This document shows, piece after piece, positions 29,353-39,618 of a DNA stretch of 64,000 bases. Both the position numbers and the translations under genes were made by a program. The notes beneath the pieces are model-generated. The model was given only the letters and a program-made list of their open reading frames with translations. It was not told where the DNA came from and ran no database searches. Position 1 is the stretch's first letter. Every line of letters begins with the position of its first letter. This DNA comes from Patescibacteria group bacterium (GTDB taxonomy: Bacteria > Patescibacteriota > Patescibacteriia > UBA10025 > JAHIVO01), in the NCBI GenBank assembly GCA_041660605.1, contig JBAZWB010000002.1:66216-130215 (forward strand). The letters run 5' to 3'.

Positions 29353-29961
29353 CTACAACGCCAGCCAATTATACAATCTATCCTCAATGATAATTTTCTT
29401 ACTGGAACTGGCATCCGGCCAATGCACTTCGGAAATTATTCGTACACCGACTTTTGCATAGCCGAGACCGAAAGCAGTGCAGTCATCAGTTGAGGTTTTG
29501 ACGGGTATTTTTTCATCGCCATCCGTGTCCAGTCGGCAGATGGGATTCAAATACAAAATTCTGAAAAATTCCGTCCGGCTGCCGCTAGCTGAACTGCCCT
29601 GCAAAAATTGGTCCAAAGCATCGCTGTATTTAAGATTTGTCGGTGCCGTAATGCTAAAATCTAATGTGATATTCGATGTCCCGTCGATTACCGGCTGCGC
29701 CATGTTGTCATTTCCAGAAACCAATCCGCTGTCCCAAGCTGGATGGCTGGGGTCCGACCAATTGCTATCGCGGATATTGCGCACTATTTCTATGCCCTCG
29801 CGCGCCAGGCTCGAGCCGATCAGTTTATTCCTGCTATCCCGGCCGGCGTTAATACTGGTAACAACCAAAACGATCGTCGCTGTCAGTGAAATCAATAAAA
29901 CTGAGACGGCGATTATTACTTCTAGCAAGCTTTGGCCTTTTTTGTTAAAAATAATTTTCAT
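29353..29961 (-). CDS. Minor pilin (PilV-like)
   Basis: GQSLLEVII; LAREGIEIVRNIRD. Confidence 0.85.
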   Translation of the reverse strand: MKIIFNKKGQSLLEVIIAVSVLLISLTATIVLVVTSINAGRDSRNKLIGSSLAREGIEIVRNIRDSNWSDPSHPAWDSGLVSGNDNMAQPVIDGTSNITLDFSITAPTNLKYSDALDQFLQGSSASGSRTEFFRILYLNPICRLDTDGDEKIPVKTSTDDCTAFGLGYAKVGVRIISEVHWPDASSSKKIIIEDRLYNWLAL

Positions 29962-29966
29962 ATTTT

Positions 29967-30656
29967 TTATAAACTGCAGGGATTCTGGACCTCGCTTATC
30001 TGGCCGGAGATGCGGTTAATGGATATTTTCCGGCAATTTTCGGTGACAAAATTGCTTTGGACCAGTAAATCGAGGGTATTTATCAAGTCACCGTCCCCGT
30101 CCACTGCAGGCACCTGATGCAGATAAAAATGAATATCGCCATTAGGCGGCTCAAAAGTAATGTCCAGGGGATTTATAGGGCTTGGTGCCAGCGCCACCCC
30201 ATTCCCCAATTTAAACTGCAAAATATAAAGCCCCTTAATGGAAATATCTTTCAGTAAAATTGCGGCATCTACATTCGAATCATCATAGAATTGATTTTTT
30301 GTCGTATCGCCAAATAGTAAATAAGATCCGGTTGACTCCAGATGAATCCCATAGCCTCCCAAAGGCACGGAAGTTATGCAGCTATTTGGCGCGCAATAAG
30401 TGTCATCAGCGCAGGGTTTGAATGCATTGGGTTGGGGTATAGAGCCTCCCTCGCAGTATTTAATGCTGTTGCCTCCGGTAGTGTACCCCTGGGCCAGACG
30501 AAGATTTTGTAGCAGCTCAGTGCCGGCTCGCCGGAGCTCATTAGCCCGCCGGCCGTATTGGAAATTTGCCATTACCAGCACTGACATAATGCCAATAATA
30601 CTGATGGTAATCAGCAACTCTAGCAATGTAAATCCCCGGCTGTCGCGATTTTTCAT
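29967..30656 (-). CDS. Minor pilin (FimT/GspH-like)
   Basis: GFTLLELLITISII; L...LRLAQ. Confidence 0.87.
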   Translation of the reverse strand: MKNRDSRGFTLLELLITISIIGIMSVLVMANFQYGRRANELRRAGTELLQNLRLAQGYTTGGNSIKYCEGGSIPQPNAFKPCADDTYCAPNSCITSVPLGGYGIHLESTGSYLLFGDTTKNQFYDDSNVDAAILLKDISIKGLYILQFKLGNGVALAPSPINPLDITFEPPNGDIHFYLHQVPAVDGDGDLINTLDLLVQSNFVTENCRKISINRISGQISEVQNPCSL

Positions 30657-31405
30657 AAGATAAGCAGATTCTTATAAAACAAAATTACCGCTGAACCAAT
30701 TAAAAAAGCTGCAAAGGTGGCCAGGCTCAGGAAGGTTCCAAAAGGTACCTGGCTTTTCCATTTTTTTCTGCCTGAAAAGATCAGCCCCAGCCCGCCTAAG
30801 GAGCCAGTAAAATAAGCAATGAATAAAGCTACCAGCAAAGCCTGATAGCCCAGCATTGCCCCCATCATCAAGCCCAGCCGGATATCGCCTCCGCCGATCC
30901 ATTTACCGCGCGAGACCAGATACTGCAGCAGAAAAAAACCTCCGCCGATCAGCAGGCCTAATAGCAGGCTAAGCAATGAAATTTTCAAAACGAAAAAAGA
31001 CAATAGGAAAGCGATAACAACCGCCGGAATCGATACCTTGTCCAAAACCAGATAATACCGCCAGTCAAAGACAAATATTATTATTAAAAATACTGTATAA
31101 ATCAGATAAACCGCGAAAGTCGCGGATAAACCGAATTTGAAATAAAGCAGTAAAAAAGCCATCGCCGTGGCCAACTCCACCAGTGGATACTGCCAGGAAA
31201 TTTTTTTCCGGCAGTAACGGCATTTGCCTTTTAGAAAAATAAAGCTAAAAACGGGAAATAAATCGCGAAAATCCAAATTGTGCTTGCAAAAAGGACAATA
31301 CGAATGCCCCTTCATAAAACTTACCCCAACATGCAGACGGTAAATGACCGCGTTTAGAAAACTGCCGATAACCAAACCTAAAATTATTACGAAAAATTCA
31401 ATCAT
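30653..31405 (-). CDS. pilD: Prepilin peptidase (likely start MIEFF)
   Basis: GSFLNAVIYR, CPFC..GKCRYC, YPLVEL, GGGDIRL, VPFG.FL. Confidence 0.95.
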   Translation of the reverse strand: MIEFFVIILGLVIGSFLNAVIYRLHVGVSFMKGHSYCPFCKHNLDFRDLFPVFSFIFLKGKCRYCRKKISWQYPLVELATAMAFLLLYFKFGLSATFAVYLIYTVFLIIIFVFDWRYYLVLDKVSIPAVVIAFLLSFFVLKISLLSLLLGLLIGGGFFLLQYLVSRGKWIGGGDIRLGLMMGAMLGYQALLVALFIAYFTGSLGGLGLIFSGRKKWKSQVPFGTFLSLATFAAFLIGSAVILFYKNLLIL

Positions 31406-31484
31406 ACCAGTGTATATTATAACAGAAAAAGGCAAATAAAAACAGATATGATTTTTTCATACCTGCTCTATTATTTAAATAGTT

Positions 31485-31898
31485 TTAGTTAATACCTTCG
31501 GGTGAAAGAGTGTGTTTGCCGGATTTCAAGCTGCCGTAATTCTTCTCCAGATTAAAGGTAATTTCATAGCCATCTTCCGCCGGTACCTTGGTTACCAGAT
31601 AGCTGGACTGACCTGGATCCGTAAATTGGCTTACGTTATTGACGTAATTCTTCAGATTGCACTGGCTGGCCAGCATATTCAGCTGATCACAGCCCCCTTC
31701 GGCTGCCCCGGCGTAACTGGCCGTATCTTTATACAGAAATTCAAAAGCTGCCTGCAGTCTGGCTATATCCGACAGCCGGCGGGCATCCCTGGTTTTGGCT
31801 TTTTCCTGGTTCAATAATACGAAGCCGCCGCCGATGAGCACGCCGAAAACTATGATTAAGACCAATATTTGAATCAGTGAGACTCCCTTTTTATTCAT
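31485..31898 (-). CDS. Pilin-like protein (Gln instead of Glu at +5)
   Basis: KKG-VSLIQIL, KTRDARRLSDI. Confidence 0.8.
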   Translation of the reverse strand: MNKKGVSLIQILVLIIVFGVLIGGGFVLLNQEKAKTRDARRLSDIARLQAAFEFLYKDTASYAGAAEGGCDQLNMLASQCNLKNYVNNVSQFTDPGQSSYLVTKVPAEDGYEITFNLEKNYGSLKSGKHTLSPEGIN

Positions 31899-31916
31899 AT
31901 CATTTAGTAATATTTA

Positions 31917-32414
31917 TTAAGTCGCTGGCAGGGTTGGGCAATGATCGCCCTCGCCGTAGATGCCGGTTGAATAAAAATAGAACCACATTTTCGTATCCGC
32001 TTCCTTATGAAAACAGATAACATAGTTCCGATGATTCACCGCGCTGTTCTCATTAGTATCATAGAAATAATAATAGTTGCTGTTGTTAATCGGATCTTTA
32101 AACGGCGCACTGATATATCCCGGATACAAAGGATTATTATGATTATTATCTGAAAAAATGGAGTTATCAATGGCCAAATCGCTGTCATCCGGGCCAGCGC
32201 CTCCGTTCGTAGCCGGTACAGGATACTGTTCGTGATCCGCGTAATAAAGGGCTAGTCCTGAACGCAACTCTGCTAAATCTGCCATACGGTGGGCATCGCG
32301 GGCCGAAGCGCGCGCGCCGTCCAGGGTCGCCAGGCCGATAACCGCCAAAATGCCTATAATCGCGATCACTACCAGCAGCTCAATTAAAGTAAAAGCTTTG
32401 TTATTTACTCCCAT
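31917..32414 (-). CDS. Type IV pilin (GspG-like), paralogue of 44938 pilin
   Basis: [18 protein letters not shown]; ARASARDAHRMADL. Confidence 0.92.
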   Translation of the reverse strand: MGVNNKAFTLIELLVVIAIIGILAVIGLATLDGARASARDAHRMADLAELRSGLALYYADHEQYPVPATNGGAGPDDSDLAIDNSIFSDNNHNNPLYPGYISAPFKDPINNSNYYYFYDTNENSAVNHRNYVICFHKEADTKMWFYFYSTGIYGEGDHCPTLPAT

Positions 32415-32456
32415 ATTATGATGCGCTTTACTTGCCTATTTATTTTACCATAAAAG

Positions 32457-35423
32457 CTAATTATTTTCCTGTGGATTCTGGTTTTTTGAATATTCCATCA
32501 ATTTCTCCTTGGCTAAAGCATTGTCGGGATTATATTCCAGGGCCGCCTGAAAATCTCTTCTGGCAGAATCAGTATTTCCCAGCTCGGACTCGATCACACC
32601 CAGGTCAGTCTGTATCATAGATATGTCACTAAGAATTTTTGCTCGGTCATTAACCACCCAGATGACTGAATTAACAATCTCCGGCGAATAATGGCCAGCC
32701 GCAGCTTCTAATATCGTCCTGGCTTTTTCTTTATCCCCAGACTGATAATACGCCGCGGCAAAATAACGGTGCAAAACAGGCTTGCCGACGGGATTCAATG
32801 TCACTGCTTTCTCAAGTATTTTTTCCGCTTCCGTATATTGCTTGGACCTTAAATAATACAAACCTAATTCCTCATACGCCTGGTAATCACCCGGGCTTGA
32901 GCTGATTGTTTTATTCAACTCATCCAAATATTCTTTTGTGTAAAACTCTTTATTATCGGGTATTAATAAATATTCGGTCCGGGCCAACCCATAATGCAGA
33001 TTGTAATTAAGCGGATCAAATTTCAGCGCACTTCTATAAATACTCTCGGCCTGCGCCAATTCCATGTTATCAGTTTTTTGTACGGCTGACTCCGCCGAAT
33101 TTGTTGAATAGAAGAAAATTAAGCCGCCAACCATGACCAACAGGGCAACCGTACCAATAACCGCTTTTGCCGTTTTTGAAAAAAGGAAAGTATCCCGCTG
33201 ATTAACATTACTAATGCCGGCTTGCCGGTTTATCAGGAAAATTTTATAGAAAACACCGAGTACGGTAAAAAAAACTATAAGGTTGGTAGGAAACTGCCAG
33301 TCCAGCTCCACGAAATTATGGATCAGGCTGCCAACCAACCCCATACCCAACCCCGCTATCAGTGCTTTATCTTCATTATTCTGAATATTTTTCAAGCCTT
33401 TCATGGCCTGGAAGACCATCAGCAGAATTATCCCGACAAACCAGAAAAAAGCCAGACCGCCAGCTACCCCGGTTTCCGCCAAAACTTTCAGATAAATATT
33501 ATGAGGATCAATGGAATAATATCTGATATCGCTTAAATACTGGCGATAGGCAATGCGATATGTGTCAAAACCTGTGCCAATAAACGGATTATGCAGAATT
33601 ATTTCTTTCGCTCCCTGCCAAAAATACAGGCGAGCAACCACGGCGTTTTCCTCGCTGGTCTCAATGGAGTAATTGATGGCCGAGCTGGTCTGATTTTCAC
33701 TGGCGGAAACCTGCGCTTGATGGGTCTTCAGCTGATTCAGCCCCCACCAGCCAACTGCCACCGCCGCGGCAACAATAACCACCGCCAGCGCAATAAAACG
33801 CCAATTTTTCCGGTAACTGCCGGCCAGCCAGCATATTACGCCCAAAGGTATGATAATGCTTAGCCAGCTGCCTCGGGAATAAGTCAGCACAAAAACCAGA
33901 GTAATAAGGATAGCAATTAATATCAGGCCGATTTTTGCTTTTTTATTTTTTATAAAAAACAAGTACGAATAAACTAACGGCAGGACGAAGAGCAAAAATC
34001 CGGCAAAAGGGTTATGCTGGTAAAAAGTCGAGGTGGCACGCAGATAATTGAAGATTTCCGTAGTCGTGAAAAAATAAATGCCGATCAGCGACAAAATAAC
34101 GCCCAGCATTATGATCAGATAGGCGATCTTGTGAGCCTCAGAAACCGCCGCGATCAGGTAGAAAACCCCGAAAAAAATAATAATATAAGACAGCCAATGC
34201 AGCAGCTGGTAATAGCCGTCATACGGCGAGATGGAGAAAAAAATTGAGATAACCGTTACTAAAAGGAAGGCCGCCAATGGCAAAATTAAATTATGCTTCC
34301 ATGGTATCTTGCCCTGGAGAGCGGGTTTTTCTGAACGCAGAGCGAAAAACACCAGCGGAAAAGCCAGAATAAACACGAAGGTGCGGGCGATCAGATCCCG
34401 GCCGCCGGTAAAAAAACTTGGTACCACGACGATTAAGGCCAGCATTATGATGGATATAAGTTCTCTGAAATTTCTGATTTCAAAAAAGTAATAAATAATC
34501 CCGAATCCCAGCGATAGCGAACGGCCTAAAATGAAAAATGGCATTGTTATGCCTTCAATAAAGCCACGCCTAAAAGCCCGCCAGGTCAGAGGAGCAATAG
34601 CTAATAAAAAAATCAGAGCTTCCGCCAGCATTATATACTTGGCAAATGGCACCATCGGCCACAGGCAAAGCGTAAACAAAAATATAAAAACTGCCGCAAT
34701 CTGCAGTTTCAATGTCTGGGGGGTGTAAGAATCACGCAGAATTTTTTTCGGATAATTTTTATACACATCCATGCGCCAGTATGAGCGCCAAAATTTCACC
34801 TTTAAATAATTCCTGAAATTATGCGGGTGCTGGTGATAGACGGCCCCATCTTTAATAAATACTATTTTGTGTCCGGCATTGGTCAGTTTATAGGCAAACT
34901 GCACGTCTTCACTCATTTTCAGATCTTCTTTGAAGCCGCCTAATTCCAAAAATAATTTTTTCCTGACAGCACCGGCGGAAAAATCCATAAAATCCAGGCC
35001 TTTTGATCTGGCCATTTTGCTGTATCTTTCCTCAAATTCCACCTGTACTAACCGGGAAATTAATCCAACTTGCTTTGTTTTATAAACTCCTTTTACCGCC
35101 GCAACTGACTGCTCGGCAAACGGCCTGGTCATTTTTTCAATCCAGTTTTCTGCTGCAACGCAATCAGAATCTATGAATAATAAGATATCGCCGGCTGCCT
35201 CTCTGGCGCCATAATTCCTGGCTGAGGCTGGCCCGGCATTTTTCTTCAGTAGATGCTTAACATCTGAAATCTTCCCGACAATCCGCCGTGTCTGGTCATA
35301 AGAGCCGTCATCAACAACAATAATTTCATAATTATCTCTGGAAACGGTCTGCTTTTCCAGTGATTTTAAGCAGTCTTTTATTGTTTTTTCAGCGTTAAAA
35401 ACTGGGACGACTACCGAGATCAT
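32457..35423 (-). CDS. Fusion: GT2 glycosyltransferase + O-antigen ligase/OTase-like (Wzy_C) membrane domain + TPR
   Basis: SVVVPVFN...VVDDGS...NAGPASARN...FIDSD; RATSTF..HN.FAG, LTYSRG, R..FW, GTG, PHNIYL..LAETG..G; C-terminal TPRs (ALEYNPDN). Confidence 0.88.
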   Translation of the reverse strand: MISVVVPVFNAEKTIKDCLKSLEKQTVSRDNYEIIVVDDGSYDQTRRIVGKISDVKHLLKKNAGPASARNYGAREAAGDILLFIDSDCVAAENWIEKMTRPFAEQSVAAVKGVYKTKQVGLISRLVQVEFEERYSKMARSKGLDFMDFSAGAVRKKLFLELGGFKEDLKMSEDVQFAYKLTNAGHKIVFIKDGAVYHQHPHNFRNYLKVKFWRSYWRMDVYKNYPKKILRDSYTPQTLKLQIAAVFIFLFTLCLWPMVPFAKYIMLAEALIFLLAIAPLTWRAFRRGFIEGITMPFFILGRSLSLGFGIIYYFFEIRNFRELISIIMLALIVVVPSFFTGGRDLIARTFVFILAFPLVFFALRSEKPALQGKIPWKHNLILPLAAFLLVTVISIFFSISPYDGYYQLLHWLSYIIIFFGVFYLIAAVSEAHKIAYLIIMLGVILSLIGIYFFTTTEIFNYLRATSTFYQHNPFAGFLLFVLPLVYSYLFFIKNKKAKIGLILIAILITLVFVLTYSRGSWLSIIIPLGVICWLAGSYRKNWRFIALAVVIVAAAVAVGWWGLNQLKTHQAQVSASENQTSSAINYSIETSEENAVVARLYFWQGAKEIILHNPFIGTGFDTYRIAYRQYLSDIRYYSIDPHNIYLKVLAETGVAGGLAFFWFVGIILLMVFQAMKGLKNIQNNEDKALIAGLGMGLVGSLIHNFVELDWQFPTNLIVFFTVLGVFYKIFLINRQAGISNVNQRDTFLFSKTAKAVIGTVALLVMVGGLIFFYSTNSAESAVQKTDNMELAQAESIYRSALKFDPLNYNLHYGLARTEYLLIPDNKEFYTKEYLDELNKTISSSPGDYQAYEELGLYYLRSKQYTEAEKILEKAVTLNPVGKPVLHRYFAAAYYQSGDKEKARTILEAAAGHYSPEIVNSVIWVVNDRAKILSDISMIQTDLGVIESELGNTDSARRDFQAALEYNPDNALAKEKLMEYSKNQNPQENN

Positions 35424-35429
35424 ACTGTC

Positions 35430-36293
35430 TTAACTGGTTAACTCTTTCTTATAACTGTCCAGTGATTCGCTTTCTGGAATATCCGCTAAGAATAACTCTA
35501 TTCTAAGTAATTTTTTCAAAATTTTTGTTTTATGAGGAGTGTAAAATTTCTGAAAAAAATAGATCATGCCTAATCTTTGCCTGATAAATTTATTATACCT
35601 TCTTTGCTCTGATTTTCCCAGGTCATAATGCACAGCGCTGGCTTCCGGATAATAAGCCACTTTCCAGCCGGCTTTTTTTATCCGATAACAAAGGTCAACT
35701 TCCTCCATATACATAAAATATTTTTCATCAAAAAAGCCTATCTTTTTCAAAACCTCCGCCTTAATTGCGAAAAACGCGCCAACCACCCAATCAGGATAGC
35801 TGATTTTTTTATAAAATCCCCGGCTTCTTATAAAATAAGCAGGAAAAAATATATTTAATAATGCTAGCTTATCTAATAAAAGATTTTTAATGTTGGGGAA
35901 TCGTCCGGCAGAATATTGAAGTTTCCCATTCGGATTATTCAGCCCGCCTCCGACCGCACCCAGATCCTGATGTGCCGATAAATAAGCGACAATTTTTTCA
36001 ACAGCCTTCTCTCCAACCATCGTATCTGCATTTAGCAATACTATAATATCCCCTATCGCCTGCTTAATGCCGATATTAACCGCTTTGGCAAAACCAAAAT
36101 TTTTTTCATTCTGAATCAGCCTGACATTACTGAATTCTTTGACGACAAAAACGGCATTATCCGACGAATTATTATCAACCACGATTATCTCATAATCAAG
36201 ATTTTCCGCTGACTTCATGCAGGTGGTGAGGCATTGGCCGATGTATTGAGCAGCTTTATAAGTAACAATTATTATTGAAGTTTTTTTGTTCAT
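35430..36293 (-). CDS. GT2 glycosyltransferase (WbbL/rhamnosyltransferase-like)
   Basis: IIVVDNNSSD, NFGFAKAVN, LLNAD, FDEKYFMYMEEVDLC. Confidence 0.92.
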   Translation of the reverse strand: MNKKTSIIIVTYKAAQYIGQCLTTCMKSAENLDYEIIVVDNNSSDNAVFVVKEFSNVRLIQNEKNFGFAKAVNIGIKQAIGDIIVLLNADTMVGEKAVEKIVAYLSAHQDLGAVGGGLNNPNGKLQYSAGRFPNIKNLLLDKLALLNIFFPAYFIRSRGFYKKISYPDWVVGAFFAIKAEVLKKIGFFDEKYFMYMEEVDLCYRIKKAGWKVAYYPEASAVHYDLGKSEQRRYNKFIRQRLGMIYFFQKFYTPHKTKILKKLLRIELFLADIPESESLDSYKKELTS

Positions 36294-37261
36294 TCAGTTT
36301 TAGAAAATTTTTCTGCCCATTGTGAAAATATTTCATTGCCAAATTTCCTGCTACGGCGGATGTTGCGCCTTTTACCAAGCATTGACGGAATTTTGACTAA
36401 AACCGAAAAAAATAATTTTGTGTAAAAAAAGGCATTTTCAAAGAGGCCTGTACCGCCGGCCTGATAGGTAAACGGATTTTTCAGTGCCTTCGGCCACCAG
36501 GCCAGAGGATAAATTTTTATCATGACGAAAATCCTGCTTCTGGCAGTTAAGAACTTTTTTCTGTTGTTTTTCATCTGGGAAAAAGTCGCCGAGACTTTAT
36601 GATAAACAACCGCTTCCGGAACAAAAACGCATTTCCACTCCATCAATCGGATACGCAGTGATAAATCCGTATCCTCAATATAGGCAAAATGGTCGCTATC
36701 GAAAAAATCGTTACCCAGCCTGGACTGTTCCAGAGCTTCACGGCGGTAAAGTGCTGCTCCGGCGCAGGCGCTCAGACATTCCTCGGTTTGAAAGTATTTA
36801 TCAGATTTGCCATGACCGCGCGGAAATACTTTCAGGCTGCCGGTAAAATAAAAATCGCCGGCTGAATCAACAATATTTCTTTGATCAAAATAAAGCAATT
36901 TACTGGCACAAGCGCCGATATCTTCATCCGATTCTGCCACTTTTACCAATTTTTTCAGCCAATCAACCTTAACTTCGGTATCATTATTCAAAGTAACAAT
37001 ATATTTTACCTCGGGATTTCTTAAGGCTTCTCTGATGCCGATGTTATTTCCCTCGGCAAAGCCATAATTTTTACCCGCTTCAATTATTTTTACTTGAGCA
37101 AAGTTTTTTCTCACATATGCTATAGAGCTGTCAGATGAACCATTATCAACCATAATAACATCAAACTCGCGATAGGTTTGTTTAAACAGCGACTGCAAGC
37201 ACGTTTCCAGGTGCTGGCGGCCGTTGTAATTGAGGATGATGATTGTTGCAGGAGAGTTCAT
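36290..37261 (-). CDS. GT2 glycosyltransferase (likely start MNSPA)
   Basis: IILNYNG, VDNGSSD, NYGFAEGNN, LNND, FAYIEDTDL. Confidence 0.92.
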   Translation of the reverse strand: MNSPATIIILNYNGRQHLETCLQSLFKQTYREFDVIMVDNGSSDSSIAYVRKNFAQVKIIEAGKNYGFAEGNNIGIREALRNPEVKYIVTLNNDTEVKVDWLKKLVKVAESDEDIGACASKLLYFDQRNIVDSAGDFYFTGSLKVFPRGHGKSDKYFQTEECLSACAGAALYRREALEQSRLGNDFFDSDHFAYIEDTDLSLRIRLMEWKCVFVPEAVVYHKVSATFSQMKNNRKKFLTARSRIFVMIKIYPLAWWPKALKNPFTYQAGGTGLFENAFFYTKLFFSVLVKIPSMLGKRRNIRRSRKFGNEIFSQWAEKFSKTE

Positions 37262-37303
37262 AGTTTCTTCTTGGTTAAAATATCGCAAGTGCAGAATATA
37301 AAA

Positions 37304-38251
37304 TTATACTTTTTTAAGCCATAGGCTGCCTCCGATGTTTTCTAAACAGCGCGGCATATGTTCTCGCAGCCAATTTTCTTGGAATAAACCGATATAATTT
37401 CCAAATAACATTATTTGGAACTGCTTGTTATACTGCAGAAACGCCCTAATAATATAATCCTCGTTCCAGGCAATCCCTTTATAGACCCACTCAGATGGAT
37501 ATTCAAATGGATAAAAAATATCATGAATATGGATAACTACTCCCGGAGCCAGGCAGGGCAATATTTCGAATAAATAATAATTTACATCACTGCCAATCTT
37601 AGAAACATGCGTTGAATCGATAAATAAAATGTCATTTTTTTGTAATTCCCGAAAAGTATCAAGGGGTATTTCCTGCAGATCTTTCTTGATAATCTGGCAC
37701 CTTTCATGATCACCCTGTTTAAGCAAACTTAGGAGCCGTTCTGGATAGGGCTCAATAAAAATACAATTTATTTCATTATTGAAAAATAATTCGTTAGTGT
37801 CCAGCGTCACTGCAGATGAAAAGCCTGACCCCACTTCAATTATTTTTTTTGGGCGCAAATGCCTAATCAAGCTGTAGAGATAAATTGCATCAGCATAGCT
37901 ATAGCAGTCATTACGGAAATAATACCTGCCTTCCTCATTTTTCAAATCTTGAAACGGTAAATCGGCATAATGCTTGGCTAAATCCTCAAGTAATCTCACT
38001 TGTGCCTCTTCGCGTAAATCAACACCGGCAATTATTTTTTTCTGTCTGTTAAAAAGTCGATTTTCGTGCTTTTTGATTTCCTGAAGCGAAGGTATCGGGC
38101 TGTGGTAATGGCCGGGTGGATACATACCATTTGACTGGGCTGCATCGCGGCTCTCATGTAATGTATTTTTTCCATGGCGCAAATATTGCACTTTTTTCTC
38201 TATATAAGGCAGTTGGTGTAATGCTTTTTTAATTTGGTGCTTAATCGTCAT
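37304..38251 (-). CDS. Class I SAM methyltransferase (Methyltransf_24-like)
   Basis: IIEVGSGFSS, ILFIDSTHV, HIHDIF, WNE. Confidence 0.88.
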   Translation of the reverse strand: MTIKHQIKKALHQLPYIEKKVQYLRHGKNTLHESRDAAQSNGMYPPGHYHSPIPSLQEIKKHENRLFNRQKKIIAGVDLREEAQVRLLEDLAKHYADLPFQDLKNEEGRYYFRNDCYSYADAIYLYSLIRHLRPKKIIEVGSGFSSAVTLDTNELFFNNEINCIFIEPYPERLLSLLKQGDHERCQIIKKDLQEIPLDTFRELQKNDILFIDSTHVSKIGSDVNYYLFEILPCLAPGVVIHIHDIFYPFEYPSEWVYKGIAWNEDYIIRAFLQYNKQFQIMLFGNYIGLFQENWLREHMPRCLENIGGSLWLKKV

Positions 38252-38260
38252 ACTCTATCA

Positions 38261-39613
38261 TTAAAGCTCTCCTGGGTGATTAATTTTTTCGTAAATCTCA
38301 ATTATTTCCTGCGCCTGATCAGTCTGGTTACGCACTGGCCGTATGGAAAGTGTAAGATCGTTTATTTTATCCGGATTTTTTATGATCTCCTGAAGTCGCT
38401 GGCGCAGCGAATCTACATCACGAAATGCATACATCAATCCGCCGCGATACTTTTCAATAATTTCCCTTGGGCCGCTAGTATCTGGAACAATAGCGGGAGT
38501 CTTGCTGGCCAACGATTCCAACAGGGTCAAAGGGCCTGTTTCCCAGCAAATTGAGGAAATAACTGTTGTATCAATGCTTTTAAAGATATTTGCCAAATCT
38601 TTGGGCGAATACGCGCCATGAAAAAAAATAAATGGGTGCTTGCTTATTTTCTTACATTGGCGGTAATACACCGGATCAAATGAATAATCACCATGGATAT
38701 GAAGCTCTGCGGTCTCGCGTGGTAACTCATTGAAGGCCTTGATTAGCAGATGCAAACCTTTGTGCTTTAAGACGCTGCCAAAAAAACCAAATCGTACTCT
38801 GGGGCTTTCAATCTTGCTTATGCCCGCATACTCATCTGTAATAATACCATATGGTACTAATTTAATTGCGTCAACTTTTATAAGTCCAAGGCTTGCGTAT
38901 TTTTTTTTCATAAAATCTGAAGGTGTCAAAATCTGATCTACCTGTGATAACATTTCCTTCATAAATTGCTGTCGTTCCTGGATAAACCACTTTCCTTCTT
39001 GTAAATTTCGGCGATTTGCTCCGTTTAGAACAGAGATTAGCCGCTTGATGTTTTGCTTTAATAGAACTGGAGTAATTTTTTTAATAATCTGTGGAATCGG
39101 CAAATTTGTCGGTGCTGCTTCTGGCGGATGCTGACTATAAAAGCATTTCAAACAATCTAAACCCGCGTTTTGACTACACAATTTTCCATCAGCCGACAGC
39201 ATCGTGATTGACGGGCAGGCATACCAATAATCATGCAAAGTCAGAACGGTAGGATAACCGGCCTGATGCGCGATACTTATTAAATTTGCACTTAATAAAT
39301 AACAATGCTGGAAATGGACAACGTCTGGTTTTACTTCATCTAAATATCGCGAAAAAACTTTATCGATTTCAGCATTCTGATAACTCCCTACAAATGATAA
39401 TGGCGGCAGTAAATTATTTACAATCTGCGTTATTTTTAAACCATTCCTATTCTCCTGAATAATCGAATAATCTTCTTTAGACCGGTCGGACAATCTGGTA
39501 AATACAAAAACCTCATGCTTTTTCGCTAATTCCTTAGCCAAAGCATATGTATATAATTCAACTCCAGCCAGAGAGTAAGGCGGGAATCCATGTACGACTA
39601 AGACTATCTTCAT
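38261..39613 (-). CDS. GT4 glycosyltransferase
   Basis: HGFPP...GVE, PDVVHFQH, LTLHDYW..CP, KGL, ET...LES. Confidence 0.92.
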   Translation of the reverse strand: MKIVLVVHGFPPYSLAGVELYTYALAKELAKKHEVFVFTRLSDRSKEDYSIIQENRNGLKITQIVNNLLPPLSFVGSYQNAEIDKVFSRYLDEVKPDVVHFQHCYLLSANLISIAHQAGYPTVLTLHDYWYACPSITMLSADGKLCSQNAGLDCLKCFYSQHPPEAAPTNLPIPQIIKKITPVLLKQNIKRLISVLNGANRRNLQEGKWFIQERQQFMKEMLSQVDQILTPSDFMKKKYASLGLIKVDAIKLVPYGIITDEYAGISKIESPRVRFGFFGSVLKHKGLHLLIKAFNELPRETAELHIHGDYSFDPVYYRQCKKISKHPFIFFHGAYSPKDLANIFKSIDTTVISSICWETGPLTLLESLASKTPAIVPDTSGPREIIEKYRGGLMYAFRDVDSLRQRLQEIIKNPDKINDLTLSIRPVRNQTDQAQEIIEIYEKINHPGEL

Positions 39614-39618
39614 AAATT

